Part shown: positions 62,533-64,000 of the stretch, one piece after another
Numbering within the stretch: position 1 is the first letter of the stretch
Layout: every line of letters begins with the position of its first letter
Program-made: the position numbers and the translations under genes
Source: Candidatus Altimarinota bacterium
GTDB taxonomy: Bacteria > Patescibacteriota > Gracilibacteria > UBA4473
Assembly (NCBI GenBank): GCA_965231215.1
Contig: OZ246423.1
Span: forward strand, 416,571-480,570
DNA: 64,000 bases
Direction: 5' to 3'
The notes under the pieces: generated by a model
Told to the model about the DNA's origin: nothing
Seen by the model: the letters and a program-made list of their open reading frames with translations, nothing else
Databases searched by the model: none

Positions 62533-63516
62533 TCAGGATCGAAACCACATTCTATTGGCATTTTCATAAGCCATTAAACGAGCTGTTTCCTTGTCCACAA
62601 GCTTAAAAAGGGAATTGTAACGAGCCATAGATCTAGACAAATCATCATAATGCCCCAATAAATCACTCCCAACAAAGAATCGATCTGGGAATTTATCAAA
62701 CAATTCTACCCACCGCTTTCTGGGAAGCCCTTCTTCATCACAAATAAGATCATCATATACGACCCATGAAATATCCATGTAGAGCTGAGAATATTTTTCT
62801 AATAAGTTTTCAAGCATGCCCGTGTAGTGAGTCAAATTAGTTCTACGCGAAGCCCCACAATGAGCCCAAACAAAGGTCACTTTAGGAAAGTTATCCAAAA
62901 CTTCTGTGAGTTCATCAATATATAAATGACTGGTATCTTCTTCCCATTCTGAGGTAGAATTTTGGTGTACCATAACGGGTAATTTTCGAGCCTGACAGAG
63001 TTCATAAACAGCAAACATAGCTTCATGGTTTGGCCTGGAAACCTCACCCAAAGTAAGGTTTGTAAGATCATCATGTCGAAACAGAATTTCCCCAAGCCCT
63101 TTCCAAATGGGATGTTTATCAAGCAAATATTCTACATGTCTAACCGCATTTAAATCCGTAGGATTAAACCCGCAAATCAGAGGCGCTAAACGTTTTTGTT
63201 TTTCCTGAGAAAGCCCTGCATACAGATCAGCCACCATTTCATCAGTCATTGAAAAATAATAACACTTAGAATTGTCCGACAGATAATAAGCCGGCTCATT
63301 ATCTTGGTAATCAGCCCATTTTTTGACAACCGGCATTCCAAAAATGACAGATTTAGCAATATTAGCCCCATCCATTTGAGTTATAAGTTGCTCAAAAGAT
63401 TCATGTTTCTGCAAAAAATCCACTACATGCAAATGAGCATCAATAGTTGGAACTGAGGTTTTGGTTTTTAGAAGTTTGTGAACCCGGTTATAAAAATTTT
63501 CTCGAGAATATCGCAT
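62533..63516 (-). CDS. amidohydrolase-family (TIM-barrel metal-dependent) hydrolase
   Basis: Track ORF of 327 aa with IDAHLHV, PVMVHQ, WAHCG and FVGSD, which is the spacing of amidohydrolase_2-type metal ligands. The substrate is unknown. Confidence 0.6.
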   Translation of the reverse strand: MRYSRENFYNRVHKLLKTKTSVPTIDAHLHVVDFLQKHESFEQLITQMDGANIAKSVIFGMPVVKKWADYQDNEPAYYLSDNSKCYYFSMTDEMVADLYAGLSQEKQKRLAPLICGFNPTDLNAVRHVEYLLDKHPIWKGLGEILFRHDDLTNLTLGEVSRPNHEAMFAVYELCQARKLPVMVHQNSTSEWEEDTSHLYIDELTEVLDNFPKVTFVWAHCGASRRTNLTHYTGMLENLLEKYSQLYMDISWVVYDDLICDEEGLPRKRWVELFDKFPDRFFVGSDLLGHYDDLSRSMARYNSLFKLVDKETARLMAYENANRMWFRS

Positions 63517-63579
63517 AAAAACAGGTTAGATTTCGGTAAAAATTCTAGCAAAACCTTGATCTCTGAGCGATCAAAATTG

Positions 63580-64000
63580 TCAGTTTTCCAACTTTGAGCG
63601 ATACTGAATAGCTTCTGCCATATGTGGTGTTTGAATATGTGTTTGATGCTCCAGGTCAGCAATGGTTCGAGCAATCTTTAAAAGCCGAAAATAAGACCTC
63701 CCACTCAAATTCATCTTCTCTACCACCGTCTTCAAAAGAGATTCAGCTTCGGATGGAAGCGCACAATATTCACGCACCAAACTACTACTCATCTCTGAAT
63801 TGCAAGCAATATTACGCCCCTTAAAGCGTTCAAGCTGAATATCTCGAGCCTTTTGGACTCGGTTTCGGATTATTTCTGAACTCTCCCCTTCCTCTAGATG
63901 AGCTAGTTTTTCTACGGCCACTCGAGGAACCTCAATATGTAAATCTATCCGATCTAAAATAGGCCCAGAAATTTTTTGCCGATATCGCTGAACGAGCCCT
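63580..64000 (-). CDS. comM: Mg-chelatase-like ATPase YifB/ComM, C-terminal part (5' end beyond window)
   Basis: The frame is open to base 64000. My translation of the upstream part is ...YRQKISGPILDRIDLHIEVPRVAVEKLAHL..., continuing into the track ORF (SGRSYFRLLKIARTIADLE), which is a typical ComM C-terminus. The track start at 63921 is an internal GTG. Confidence 0.85.
   Translation of the reverse strand, partial: GLVQRYRQKISGPILDRIDLHIEVPRVAVEKLAHLEEGESSEIIRNRVQKARDIQLERFKGRNIACNSEMSSSLVREYCALPSEAESLLKTVVEKMNLSGRSYFRLLKIARTIADLEHQTHIQTPHMAEAIQYRSKLEN

Overview
The window is a gene-dense, AT-rich chromosomal segment using the standard genetic code. The orphan-rich, surface-protein-heavy gene content resembles small-genome uncultivated bacteria (CPR/Patescibacteria-like), but that is inference only. 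I can support about 55 protein genes, one tRNA-Met(CAT), several intrinsic terminators and promoters, a CIRCE-like operator and a leader-peptide attenuator. I found no rRNA, CRISPR array, transposase or integrase. Recognisable housekeeping genes are pyrE, dnaJ, pth, nusA, miaB-like, prs, prfA, a class-I DAHP synthase, an ECF-type sigma factor, ruvX, secG, ilvE, ychF, rpsU, prmC, rpmG, a 2Fe-2S ferredoxin, def, ftsH, gmk and comM/yifB. They are interrupted by two accessory blocks. Block A (0.77-13.8 kb) holds a lipoprotein, an orphan VirD4/TraG-like membrane ATPase, a 1100-aa secreted repeat protein, and two large signal-less proteins that share a private C-terminal domain. Block B (25.2-46.4 kb) is the most unusual part. 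A three-gene cassette occurs twice, 11,797 bp apart: a small membrane protein, a ~685-aa C-terminally anchored exoprotein, and a ~1500-aa secreted giant. The last 2,548 bp of the two giant genes are almost identical, with only two synonymous differences seen, while their 5' halves are strongly diverged. The cassettes are interleaved with three paralogous polytopic membrane proteins (tentatively HTTM / vitamin-K-carboxylase-like) that have conserved Cys-rich C-terminal domains. Two small WWS-motif membrane proteins, an RnfD/NqrB-like membrane protein, a GT2 glycosyltransferase and the tRNA also sit among them. I regard Block B as a candidate undescribed envelope or surface system. All family assignments were made by eye from motifs and need HMM or structure confirmation.
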